This document shows, piece after piece, positions 36,021 to 44,379 of a stretch of DNA of 55,114 nucleotides (the stretch's first letter is position 1; each line of letters begins with the position of its first letter). Position numbers and translations under genes: made by a program. The DNA is taken from positions 1 through 55,114 of the forward strand of contig JAZQCY010000092.1 of the NCBI GenBank assembly GCA_045546555.1, written 5' to 3'. The stretch is from Acutalibacteraceae bacterium (GTDB lineage Bacteria > Bacillota > Clostridia > Oscillospirales > Acutalibacteraceae). Under the pieces are notes generated by a model. That model had not been told where the DNA came from and searched no databases. It worked only from the letters and a program-made list of their open reading frames with translations.

Positions 36021-36732
36021 TGCATTCGCCCTCCTCATCCTTAATGGGGAACAGCAGAGCCGCCAAGGCCGAAATGACCACCGTCAGAATTATTATCATT
36101 GTGCCGTTGGGGATGTCCTTTATAAAAGGTATAACGGTTGACAAAAACGATGCCGTAAACGAAACCAGCACAACCCCCAAAACGATAAAATTCCTGCGAG
36201 CCTCGGGCACGATAACGGCCAAAAACATTCCGTAAAGGCTGACGCTCAGGGCACTTACGGCAAGCGCCGGCAAGATACTGCCCACGGCAACGCCCATTGC
36301 GGTACCGAGCGACCAGCACGGCATAGCCACGGCCATCATACCAAAGTAATACCAATGGCTGATCTTTTCCGGTCGGGCGATGGATGCACCGAACATCTCA
36401 TCGGTGACGGCAATACCTATCGCAAGGCGCTGCGGCAGCTTGGTTTCGGGGGAAAGCTTCTGGCTTAAAGCGCACGACATAAGAAGATACCGTGCGTTGG
36501 CTACAAGCTCCATTATGGCAACCTCTATGTAACCTGCGCCCGAAGCGATAAGGGTGAAAAGGGCATACTCGCCCGCCGACGCATTGAGTAACAGGCTCGC
36601 AAAGCCGGCCTCTAAAGCCGTCAATCCTGCATTCTTTGCCGAAATTCCAAGCGAAAACGCAACGGCAAAATACCCAAGCCCTATGGGTATGCCCATTTTA
36701 CAACCGTTTAAAAATGTAAGCTTTTTATTCAT
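36013..36732 (-). CDS. azlC: AzlC family branched-chain amino acid permease component
   Basis: Start at the ATG at 36730-36732 (MNKKLTFLNGCKMGIPIGLGYFAVAFSLG). Polytopic. The 72 upstream codons in the tracked ORF translate the hairpin repeat (..GMDKSIPY..). Confidence 0.85.
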   Translation of the reverse strand: MNKKLTFLNGCKMGIPIGLGYFAVAFSLGISAKNAGLTALEAGFASLLLNASAGEYALFTLIASGAGYIEVAIMELVANARYLLMSCALSQKLSPETKLPQRLAIGIAVTDEMFGASIARPEKISHWYYFGMMAVAMPCWSLGTAMGVAVGSILPALAVSALSVSLYGMFLAVIVPEARRNFIVLGVVLVSFTASFLSTVIPFIKDIPNGTMIIILTVVISALAALLFPIKDEEGECND

Positions 36733-36768
36733 AAGGTAACCGTCACCCCATAATCGCAAATACACGGC

Positions 36769-36873
36769 GTAGGGAATGGATTTATCCATTCCGCTTGCTA
36801 ACAATTTTCGGCAGGGATAAATCCCTGCCCTACAAAAGAGAACTCCGTAGGGAGCGACGCCCTCGTCGCTCCG
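36769..36873. repeat. Cluster of GTAG-headed GC-rich hairpin modules (REP/BIME-like)
   Basis: GTAG-GGAATGGAT-TTA-TCCATTCC (36769-36792). GGCAGGGAT-AAA-TCCCTGCC-CTAC (36810-36833). GTAG-GGAGCGACG-CCC-TCGTCGCTCC (36847-36871). A degenerate GTAATGGCATAAAT lies at 36932-36945. Confidence 0.6.
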
Positions 36874-36978
36874 TGTAATCAACAAATTTCGCAATATATT
36901 ATACCATATTCCTCCTACATTTACAAGCCTTGTAATGGCATAAATCAAGGGTTATAATCTTCTAAAACGGGTAACGGA

Positions 36979-37836
36979 GTGGTGAAATTGACCGAAATTT
37001 TTAAGCAAAGGTTTAAAGAACTGAAAACGGTTGGGCAACGCAGTACTGCGAACCGCAAGATGCAACTCAGGCACGATGCCGAGCTTATCACGTTTTTGCA
37101 AAACGCACTGTCAAACGGTGAGCTTGACACCTTTGAGGAAAAAGGCTTTGCGCTGTGGAACATTTCCGACAGCCTTGCCTTGCTGCGACGAGTGGAGGAA
37201 CTTTATGTAAACCACAAATGCTTTTGTCAGCTACTCAAGACCGCCAACCCGAAATATCTGTTTTGGGCGGTGAGTGATGCCACACAAAGGTTGACGTTAG
37301 AGGTCGGCGGTTACGTCAGGTTTTGGTGGGATATATATAATGAAGCAAACGGTGATTCACTTGAATTCTGTGAGCTTTTTGCCGAATTTTCGGCGCACAA
37401 GGCCGCAATGTATACAACCGCCGCCGTGCCGTTTGAAAAAACCGATATACTGAACGCTGCCGACCGCTTTGAGCGGTTTTTGGAGCGTGTGAAGGGAACA
37501 CCCGAACACAGATTTTACACATCGGCCTTTAAGTCGCTTGGTGCCAAGCACGGCTTTACATCAAAAAATGAGCTGATCGAGCTTTTTCACGGTTTTGTCG
37601 GCGGATTATCGTTTGCAAAAGAGCCAAAACCGTTTTTGACGGGCGAGTGGTTAAGCTTCACAACGCCGCCGTGCAAAAGAACGCAGTCCGAGCAGGGGAT
37701 AGCGGCGGTCATCAATGCGCTTTGTGACATATCACACCCAAATATCGCCAATGAGCTGTATAAAACCGCCTTGGAAAAGGGGTTCCCGAAAAGTAATTAT
37801 ATTCAATGTAAAATGATGAAATTGTTAAATAATTAA
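36979..37836 (+). CDS. Hypothetical cytoplasmic protein, 285 aa
   Basis: An open frame with coding-like composition. The start is ambiguous (GTG 36979, GTG 36982 or TTG 36988 after ACGGAG). No signal peptide and no recognisable motif. Confidence 0.55.
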   Translation: MVKLTEIFKQRFKELKTVGQRSTANRKMQLRHDAELITFLQNALSNGELDTFEEKGFALWNISDSLALLRRVEELYVNHKCFCQLLKTANPKYLFWAVSDATQRLTLEVGGYVRFWWDIYNEANGDSLEFCELFAEFSAHKAAMYTTAAVPFEKTDILNAADRFERFLERVKGTPEHRFYTSAFKSLGAKHGFTSKNELIELFHGFVGGLSFAKEPKPFLTGEWLSFTTPPCKRTQSEQGIAAVINALCDISHPNIANELYKTALEKGFPKSNYIQCKMMKLLNN

Positions 37837-37860
37837 CTTTACAAAAGACGCCGATTTTTC

Positions 37861-37889
37861 TTGACATCTGTAATATTAAGTGGTAAAAT
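37861..37889 (+). promoter_or_regulatory. Strong sigma-A promoter with extended -10
   Basis: TTGACA (37861-37866), a 17-nt spacer, then TGgTAAAAT (TAAAAT at 37884-37889). About 125 nt of leader precede AGGGAGGAAAA and the ATG at 38019. Confidence 0.62.
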
Positions 37890-38018
37890 GAGTCGTAAAG
37901 TGTATCATTTAAATGGAGTATTGTCCAAAAGTGTCCCGTTAAATGTATTTTCGGTATGAGCGGTCATTACCGTTATTACATATTAAGCTTGTCTGAATTT
38001 TAAGGGAGGAAAACCAAA

Positions 38019-39686
38019 ATGGCAAACAAATCAACCAAAAAAGCATTGCTTTTAAGTGTTCTTTCGATGCTCCTTTGCTTGGCAATGCTGGTCGGTACAA
38101 CCTTTGCATGGTTTACCGATTCCGTAACATCCGGCCGTAATACTATCAAAGCCGGAAACTTGGATGTTGTTCTCGAATATTGGGACGGCACCAAGTATGT
38201 AACCGTTGATGAGAGCACCAAGCTCTTCAACGATTCCGCACTTTGGGAGCCCGGTCATACCGAGGTTGCTTACCTCAAGGTCAGCAACGCAGGTACCTTG
38301 GCACTCAAGTATCAGCTCAACGTAAACGTTTACGAGGAGGTTACCGGCACCAATGTAGCCGGCGAGGAGTTCTATCTCTCCGACCATCTCGTATTCAAGG
38401 TAGTTGACAAGAAGATCGAGGCTACCACAGACCTCTACACCCGTGACACCGCTATCGCAGCAGCAGGCGACGTTAAGGGCATCAAGGATCGTTTGACCGG
38501 CAACAAGACCGTTCACGAGAGTGGCGAAAAGTCCCTTATGAACACCGGCGATGCCGATTATGTAGCACTCATCATCTATATGCCCACTTCTGTCGGCAAT
38601 GAGGCCAACTACAAGACCGGTACCGTTGCTCCCACCATCGCCATGGGTGTAAACCTTGTTGCAACCCAGGAGGTCAAGGAGAGCGACTTCTTCAACAACC
38701 AGTACGATAAGGATGCAACCTATCCCACACTCGGAGTGGGCTACACCGATGTTGACGATACCGCTCCTTATCAGGAGATCAACGCTTACAACCCCAAGGG
38801 TGGTAAGGTAGGTTGGGCAAGAGTTCCCACCGGTGCTATTGCTGACACCGACAAGCCCCTTTTATACAACGTTCAGGAAATCGCCTTTGATGAGAATGTT
38901 ACTATCACCAGTGATCAGGGCGCCAAGACCTTTGATATCGTTATCAAGAACATAAAGGAAGGCAACACTGAGGAGATCGAGGTCATTTTTGAGGCAGGCT
39001 TGGGTCTTACCAATGTTGAGTTCTATCACAAGAACGTTAAGCTGGTTGAGGGTGTTGATTTTATTTACAATGCCAACACCGGCGATATCCACTTCTACAC
39101 CACTTCCTTCAGCCCCTTCACCGTTGTGTTTGATGCTGAACCCGAAGTAAAGCCCAACCTTCCCGAGGATGCTCCCGTAGCCATCGTTGAACCTCTTGGT
39201 CCTTCCGGTAAAATTGAGTGGAGCAATTCCGTTGGTCTGTTACCCGGCAACCTCGATCAGGAGCTTGACGCAACCTACAAGTTTACTGCTCCTCACACCG
39301 GCGAGACCGTTCAGGAATCCAAGTATGCAGAGTGGTATTGCGACTACTACGTAATGCTCAAGACCGATAAGATGGATATCCTTCCCGAGGGTTATATCAC
39401 TCTCGGCGGTAACTATGGTATGTGGGGATGGGTCGGATTTGACAATCCCGGCGATCCCGTAGTTCCCACCAACACTGCGATTCCGCTTCTCGGCTCTGTA
39501 ACCCAGAACCCCTGGACCTACGAGGCAGTTGTTTCCTTCGTTGGCGAGTTCACCTGCGGTGTCGGTCTTACCGAAAAAGCAGGCGATGCACTTGACGGCG
39601 CAGAGTTTGTAGTTATGCTCCGCCTTACCAACCCCGAGAACGAGGCAGAGTACTACGATGTTAATACCATCGTTCACAAGTTCTAA
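38019..39686 (+). CDS. TasA/CalY/camelysin-like secreted protein with SipW-dependent-type signal peptide and a long C-terminal extension
   Basis: The N-terminus MANKSTKKALLLSVLSMLLCLAMLVGTTFAWFTDSVTSGRNTIKAGNLDV matches the K-K-x-hydrophobic-GTFA(W/Y)FTD...N.(I/F).(A)G.LD pattern of TasA, CalY and BsaA class proteins. 555 aa. No LPXTG motif. Confidence 0.8.
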   Translation: MANKSTKKALLLSVLSMLLCLAMLVGTTFAWFTDSVTSGRNTIKAGNLDVVLEYWDGTKYVTVDESTKLFNDSALWEPGHTEVAYLKVSNAGTLALKYQLNVNVYEEVTGTNVAGEEFYLSDHLVFKVVDKKIEATTDLYTRDTAIAAAGDVKGIKDRLTGNKTVHESGEKSLMNTGDADYVALIIYMPTSVGNEANYKTGTVAPTIAMGVNLVATQEVKESDFFNNQYDKDATYPTLGVGYTDVDDTAPYQEINAYNPKGGKVGWARVPTGAIADTDKPLLYNVQEIAFDENVTITSDQGAKTFDIVIKNIKEGNTEEIEVIFEAGLGLTNVEFYHKNVKLVEGVDFIYNANTGDIHFYTTSFSPFTVVFDAEPEVKPNLPEDAPVAIVEPLGPSGKIEWSNSVGLLPGNLDQELDATYKFTAPHTGETVQESKYAEWYCDYYVMLKTDKMDILPEGYITLGGNYGMWGWVGFDNPGDPVVPTNTAIPLLGSVTQNPWTYEAVVSFVGEFTCGVGLTEKAGDALDGAEFVVMLRLTNPENEAEYYDVNTIVHKF

Positions 39687-39717
39687 TTAGTGCGGTATAA
39701 CCGAACAATTGAAATTC

Positions 39718-39751
39718 GCACCCTCAAGGGAAACCTTGGGGGTGCTTTTTT
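39718..39751 (+). terminator. Rho-independent terminator
   Basis: 12-bp stem GCACCCTCAAGG/CCTTGGGGGTGC with a GAAA loop and TTTTTT. Confidence 0.82.
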
Positions 39752-39925
39752 GATGCTTGTGAAAGGCGGAGCGGCTTTTGTCACAAATCTATAATTGTGT
39801 GCAAGGTTTTACCACAAAAGAAGTTTTGGTAAGGGCAAATTGTCGGATTGAAAAGGGTGTTTTGGGGCAAAATATGTTAAAACTGTTAAATTTTTAACTT
39901 ACGGCCAAAATTTCGGTTTTTTTGC

Positions 39926-39954
39926 TTGACGGATTGCCTTAATTCATATATAAT
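39926..39954 (+). promoter_or_regulatory. Sigma-A type promoter of the PEPCK gene
   Basis: TTGACG (39926-39931), a 17-nt spacer, then TATAAT (39949-39954). Confidence 0.55.
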
Positions 39955-40020
39955 GTCAGTTGTAGAAATTTGGCTTTATTTTAAGTCAATCCCCAAAAAT
40001 TTTATGAATGGAGAATTATC

Positions 40021-41799
40021 ATGACAAAGAATCCTACAGTTCTTAAATGGCTGAAAGACATGGAAGAGCTCCTTACTCCCGACAAGGTAGTTTGGATCGA
40101 CGGTTCGGCCGAGCAGACCGAGGAAATGCGCAAGCTCGCTTGCGAGACCGGTGAGCTCATCAAGCTCAACCAGGAGCTTCTCCCCGACTGCTATCTGCAC
40201 AGAACCAAGCAGAACGACGTTGCCCGTGTTGAGGACAGAACCTTCATCTGCTCGAGAGAGAAAGAGAATGCAGGTCCTACCAACAACTGGTGCGACCCCA
40301 AGGAAATGTACAAGAAGCTGTACGACATTGCACGTGGCTCTTATAAGGGCAAGACCATGTATATCATCCCTTATTCCATGGGCCCCATCGGCTCTCCTCT
40401 TGCCAAGATCGGTATTGAGGTAACCGATTCGGTTTACGTTGTACTCAACATGCTCATCATGACCCGTGTCAGCCCCAAGGTTATGGAGGTTCTCGGTGAC
40501 TCTGATGACTGGGTACGTTGCCTGCACTCCCGTTGCGACATTGACCCCGAAAAGAGATACATCTGCCAGTTCCCCGAGGATAACACCATCATCTCGGTCA
40601 ACTCCGGTTACGGCGGAAACGTTCTTCTCGGCAAGAAGTGCTTCGCACTCCGTATCGCTTCCTACCAGGGCTGGAAGGAAGGCTGGATGGCAGAGCATAT
40701 GCTCATTTTGGGTCTTGAGAATCCCAAGGGCGAAGTCAAGTACATCGCAGCAGCATTCCCTTCTGCCTGCGGTAAGACCAACCTCGCTATGCTCATTCCC
40801 CCCGAGTACCTGCGCAAGAAGGGCTACAAGATCTGGACTGTCGGTGACGATATTTCCTGGATGCGCATAGGCCCCGATGGCAGACTTTACGCCATCAACC
40901 CCGAGAACGGCTTCTTCGGCGTTGCTCCCGGTACCAACGAGAAGTCCAACTTCAACGCTCTTGCTTCCACCAAGAAGGGCACCATCTTCACCAACGTTGC
41001 TCATTGCAAGAATGACAACACCGTTTGGTGGGAGGGCCTTAATAAGGATCTCCCCGAGAATGCCGACGATTGGACCGGCAAGCCCTGGGATCCTGCAAAG
41101 TTTGATAAGGCAGACAAGTCTACCTGTGCCGCTCACCCCAACTCCCGTTTCACCGCTCCTGCCGAGAACTGCCCCTGCATTTCCGAGGAGTTTGACAAGG
41201 GTGCAGGTGTTCCCATTTCCGCTATCGTATTCGGCGGTCGCCGTGCTAAGTGCACCCCGCTGGTATACCAGTCGAAGGATTGGAAGAACGGTGTATTCAT
41301 CGGTTCCGCAATGGCTTCCGAGACCACCGCTGCTGCTGCAGGCGCTGTCGGCGTAGTCCGTCGTGATCCTATGGCAATGCTTCCCTTCTGCGGATATCAC
41401 ATGGCTGACTACTTCCAGCATTGGCTCGATATGGGTGAGAAGTTAGGCGACAAGGCACCCAAGATCTTCAATGTTAACTGGTTCCGTACCAATGACGACG
41501 GCAACTTCCTGTGGCCCGGCTTCGGTGACAATATGAGGGTCCTCAACTGGATCATCGACCGTTGCGAGGGCAAGGCAGACGCTACCGAGACTGCTATCGG
41601 TTACGTTCCCAAGCCCGAGGATATCGACCTTACCGATCTTGATATGGATATGGATACCCTCAAGAGCATCCTTACCGTTGATAAGGAAGTTTGGGCAAAA
41701 GAGTGTGCTGAGATCGAGGAGCACTACAAGAAGTTTGGCGACAAGCTTCCCGCAGAGCTTAAGTCACAGCTTGAGACCCTCAAGGCAGCTATTAAGTAA
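40021..41799 (+). CDS. pck: Phosphoenolpyruvate carboxykinase (GTP)
   Basis: 592 aa. Motifs include YSMGPIGSPL, the GTP-type kinase-1a loop FPSACGKTNLAML, WTVGDDISWM, NPENGFFGVAPGT and NSRFTAP. Confidence 0.95.
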   Translation: MTKNPTVLKWLKDMEELLTPDKVVWIDGSAEQTEEMRKLACETGELIKLNQELLPDCYLHRTKQNDVARVEDRTFICSREKENAGPTNNWCDPKEMYKKLYDIARGSYKGKTMYIIPYSMGPIGSPLAKIGIEVTDSVYVVLNMLIMTRVSPKVMEVLGDSDDWVRCLHSRCDIDPEKRYICQFPEDNTIISVNSGYGGNVLLGKKCFALRIASYQGWKEGWMAEHMLILGLENPKGEVKYIAAAFPSACGKTNLAMLIPPEYLRKKGYKIWTVGDDISWMRIGPDGRLYAINPENGFFGVAPGTNEKSNFNALASTKKGTIFTNVAHCKNDNTVWWEGLNKDLPENADDWTGKPWDPAKFDKADKSTCAAHPNSRFTAPAENCPCISEEFDKGAGVPISAIVFGGRRAKCTPLVYQSKDWKNGVFIGSAMASETTAAAAGAVGVVRRDPMAMLPFCGYHMADYFQHWLDMGEKLGDKAPKIFNVNWFRTNDDGNFLWPGFGDNMRVLNWIIDRCEGKADATETAIGYVPKPEDIDLTDLDMDMDTLKSILTVDKEVWAKECAEIEEHYKKFGDKLPAELKSQLETLKAAIK

Positions 41800-41822
41800 T
41801 AGCGCTGTATAGCAAATTAAAT

Positions 41823-41854
41823 CGGAGTGAACATTTCGTTCACTCCGGTTTTTT
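41823..41854. terminator. Rho-independent terminator
   Basis: 10-bp stem CGGAGTGAAC/GTTCACTCCG followed by GTTTTTT. It lies between convergent pck and the XRE gene. Confidence 0.75.
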
Positions 41855-41860
41855 GTTTAA

Positions 41861-42079
41861 TCAATATAGCTTTTTTGGGGTATCAATAAGCCCCAAAAGA
41901 TAGTCGGTTGAGATATTGTAATGCTTGGCTAAAATAATATATTTATCCACACCCATCATCTGAACACCGGTCTCCCACTTACTGACCTGCTGTCTTGTTG
42001 TGCCTAACAAACGGGCAACATCGGTTTGGGTAAGGTCGTGATCCTCTCTCACATCACGCAATCGTTCAAAATGGTTCAT
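41861..42079 (-). CDS. XRE (Cro/C1) family transcriptional regulator, 72 aa
   Basis: Start at the ATG at 42077-42079 (MNHFERLRDVREDHDLTQTDVARLLGTTRQQVSKWETG), 8 nt after AGGAG. A single HTH domain. Confidence 0.82.
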   Translation of the reverse strand: MNHFERLRDVREDHDLTQTDVARLLGTTRQQVSKWETGVQMMGVDKYIILAKHYNISTDYLLGLIDTPKKLY

Positions 42080-42183
42080 ATTATCCACTCCTTTTTAAAA
42101 ATTATACCATGAACCTTATAAGATGCGCTTAACTTGCACCTTATAAGGTGCTGAAGTAGATGCACATAGAGCAACATATCGGA

Positions 42184-42219
42184 CAAAAAGAAGGGTGGCA
42201 GGAACGAATCCTGCCACCC
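42184..42219 (-). terminator. Rho-independent terminator of the GH16 lipoprotein gene P1
   Basis: 10-bp stem GGGTGGCAGG/CCTGCCACCC, followed on the minus strand by TTCTTTTTGT. Confidence 0.72.
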
Positions 42220-42238
42220 GTTTTGTATAGGTTTAAGA

Positions 42239-43984
42239 TTATCTGATGTCCAAATACTGGCCGTCCTTCTGATAAAGCTGAACGTACTCGAGTATCCAAG
42301 ATGAGTCGCCGTTGGTCCAATAATCGGCATCAAGGATCGGGTTTTTGATTATAGAGGCACGACCCTCTTCAATGGTATAGTCGTGCTGATTGGAGCCGAC
42401 CAGCATACTGAGGACGAAGTAGTGAGGATTTTCAAAGCCTTGCTTATGGTCATAATCCGAGAAATCGTAATGCAAAACCTCAACACCGTCACGGTAGTAG
42501 GTGATGTCGTGGTCGGTCCATTCGGCGGCAAAGTTGTGGAACTCATCGTGCATCGAATCCATAGTCACATAGCGGTGGTTGGCGTCAAAGTCAGCCCACT
42601 TATCGACCATATAATCCTTGAACACATAGTTTTCCTCGTTGGTGACATCCTGCCTTTTGCCGTTGGCATCATTATAGAAGCTGTGAACAACGGCGGCATA
42701 GTAGTTGGCACCGGACCAGCATTCCATAATATCAAGCTCCATATAATCGGTCTGACCGGGAAGGTCACCGTATGCCCAGAAGTCGTGCCAGATACCGTCA
42801 CCGTCGGCAATAATGGCGCTCATTTCCATATATCCCTGTGTAAAGCGCAGGGATTTGGAGGAATCCAACCAAACGCCGTAGAAATTGTTTTCGTCATAGG
42901 TGGCGGTGCAGATAAGCTGACCGTTTTCAACCCTCAAATTCTTGGGGTCGGTAGAACGTGCGGTGCCCATTCCGTACCAATTTCCATAGAAGGGCTGAAC
43001 CTCGTTTTTGGTGTTCCAGAAGGTGGTGTCAAGGGTCTCAAACTCATCGGTCCAGACCAGCTTGTACTCGTTGCTGTATACGGGCGTTTTGCCGTCAAAG
43101 CTACCGGTTGCATTGGCGGTAACGGCCGACTTGGTTTTCAATTCCTCAAGGAAAAGCTGGATGGCATAGGCGGTGGAATAGTTACGTCCGCCGTTGATGT
43201 AAGCCGTATTGCCTTTCAGCGTTATTGCATAGTTATCATAGGCGCTTAAAGCTTCAACGCCGTCACGCTTGCAGTTGTCGATGATAATTTCATAATCATT
43301 CTTGGCGGCAACATTGTCACGGATGATGGGGAGCAGGTAACCCGTTTTCTGATAAACGGTCTCCTGCAGCTCCTCGGCACGGCACATTACATAATACGAA
43401 AGATTATACTGCGGTACAACGATCTTGTACTTGCCGATGTCGTTGTTGCCAACTTTAAGGGTGTCATATTTGCCGTTGTCGACCGAAACGTAGCAATGGT
43501 CGGTCATAAGAGTGCAGGTGTTGCAGTAATTGTCAACAAAATATTTAACAGCCGCCGCCAGAGCATCGGGGGTAACACCCTGAATGACAATTGCATTGTC
43601 GATATAGCAGACAATGTACTCTGCGGCACGGCCGGTACCTTTTTCAAGCAGCATATCCAAAGCCTTTTGTGACTGCGGGCGTGCGGTATCGCCGATGATG
43701 ATCTCGCCTGCGGCGTTGGGGGCGGTGGTGTCGTCAACGTTTGACAAGGGCAGACCCGTTGCATCCTTTATGGCCTTAAAGACCTTGGAACCGTAGCCTG
43801 CGGCAACGGTGTCACCTGCCTTGCGGACGATGGCATAGCCTTCGGTGGCAAAATTGACCTCCTTTGGGGCTGCGCTCGAAGTGCCCGAGGCAGAGCCGTC
43901 ACCGTCATCACTGCCACAACCGCAAAATACGGTCAGCAACATGAGGATGACCATCATAGAAGCAAACAGTTTTTTGAAATTCAT
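42239..43984 (-). CDS. Lipoprotein with C-terminal GH16-type glycoside hydrolase domain (paralog P1)
   Basis: MNFKKLFASMMVILMLLTVFCGC (lipobox). The N-terminal half has two repeats of an (E)IIxG...I.I.G....A.AV..F pattern. The C-terminal half has WTDEF...GYMEMSAIIADGDGIWHDFW...MELDIMEC (ExDxxE). Confidence 0.8.
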   Translation of the reverse strand: MNFKKLFASMMVILMLLTVFCGCGSDDGDGSASGTSSAAPKEVNFATEGYAIVRKAGDTVAAGYGSKVFKAIKDATGLPLSNVDDTTAPNAAGEIIIGDTARPQSQKALDMLLEKGTGRAAEYIVCYIDNAIVIQGVTPDALAAAVKYFVDNYCNTCTLMTDHCYVSVDNGKYDTLKVGNNDIGKYKIVVPQYNLSYYVMCRAEELQETVYQKTGYLLPIIRDNVAAKNDYEIIIDNCKRDGVEALSAYDNYAITLKGNTAYINGGRNYSTAYAIQLFLEELKTKSAVTANATGSFDGKTPVYSNEYKLVWTDEFETLDTTFWNTKNEVQPFYGNWYGMGTARSTDPKNLRVENGQLICTATYDENNFYGVWLDSSKSLRFTQGYMEMSAIIADGDGIWHDFWAYGDLPGQTDYMELDIMECWSGANYYAAVVHSFYNDANGKRQDVTNEENYVFKDYMVDKWADFDANHRYVTMDSMHDEFHNFAAEWTDHDITYYRDGVEVLHYDFSDYDHKQGFENPHYFVLSMLVGSNQHDYTIEEGRASIIKNPILDADYWTNGDSSWILEYVQLYQKDGQYLDIR

Positions 43985-44185
43985 AGCGTGTTCCTCCTGT
44001 GAAAATTATTTTACAATTTCAGTATAATGGTTTAATTTTATGTTTTACATAGTTTTATGTTGCAAAAACTTGTATTTTTGTTGTGTAAACAAGGTGCGAA
44101 TGTTGTTTTGTCGGAAAATTTACCCAAACGTGAATATTGTCTTTAGAAAATACGAAAAAGCATTGTGGACATCATTGCGAATTTA

Positions 44186-44227
44186 TGTCAACTTTTTGTT
44201 GACAATATGTTGGGTTTATTGTAATAT
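44186..44227 (+). promoter_or_regulatory. Sigma-A promoter of P2 with a palindrome overlapping the -35 box
   Basis: TGTCAAC-TTTTT-GTTGACA (44186-44204). TTGACA (44199-44204), a 17-nt spacer, then TAATAT (44222-44227). Confidence 0.5.
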
Positions 44228-44379
44228 TATATTGTAATGGTACGAAATCCAAGCAATTAGTCAACATTGTTAAAAAATAACATCTTTTTAACGATATTGA
44301 AGCATTTTAAACCGTGCCGCACAAATGTATAATTAAGGTGTACCGGGGCTTTGCCGGAGTATCTGAAAGGAAGGTTTTT

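Noticed and set aside
36733-36948. 72-codon N-terminal extension of the azlC ORF (contains GMDKSIPY)
   Set aside because: The extension is a translation of the GTAG-hairpin repeat cluster. The internal ATG at 36732 gives a canonical AzlC N-terminus. The same artefact explains 35629-35709 (RGVLRTPAGEHSSPLR) and 30945-30998 (MNRPYV...).
39976-41421. 481-aa ORF on the minus strand spanning most of the PEPCK gene
   Set aside because: It lies entirely antisense to a gene with unmistakable GTP-PEPCK motifs. It has a Gly/Val/Leu/Asp-rich, low-information composition and no RBS. This is a shadow ORF of a codon-biased gene.
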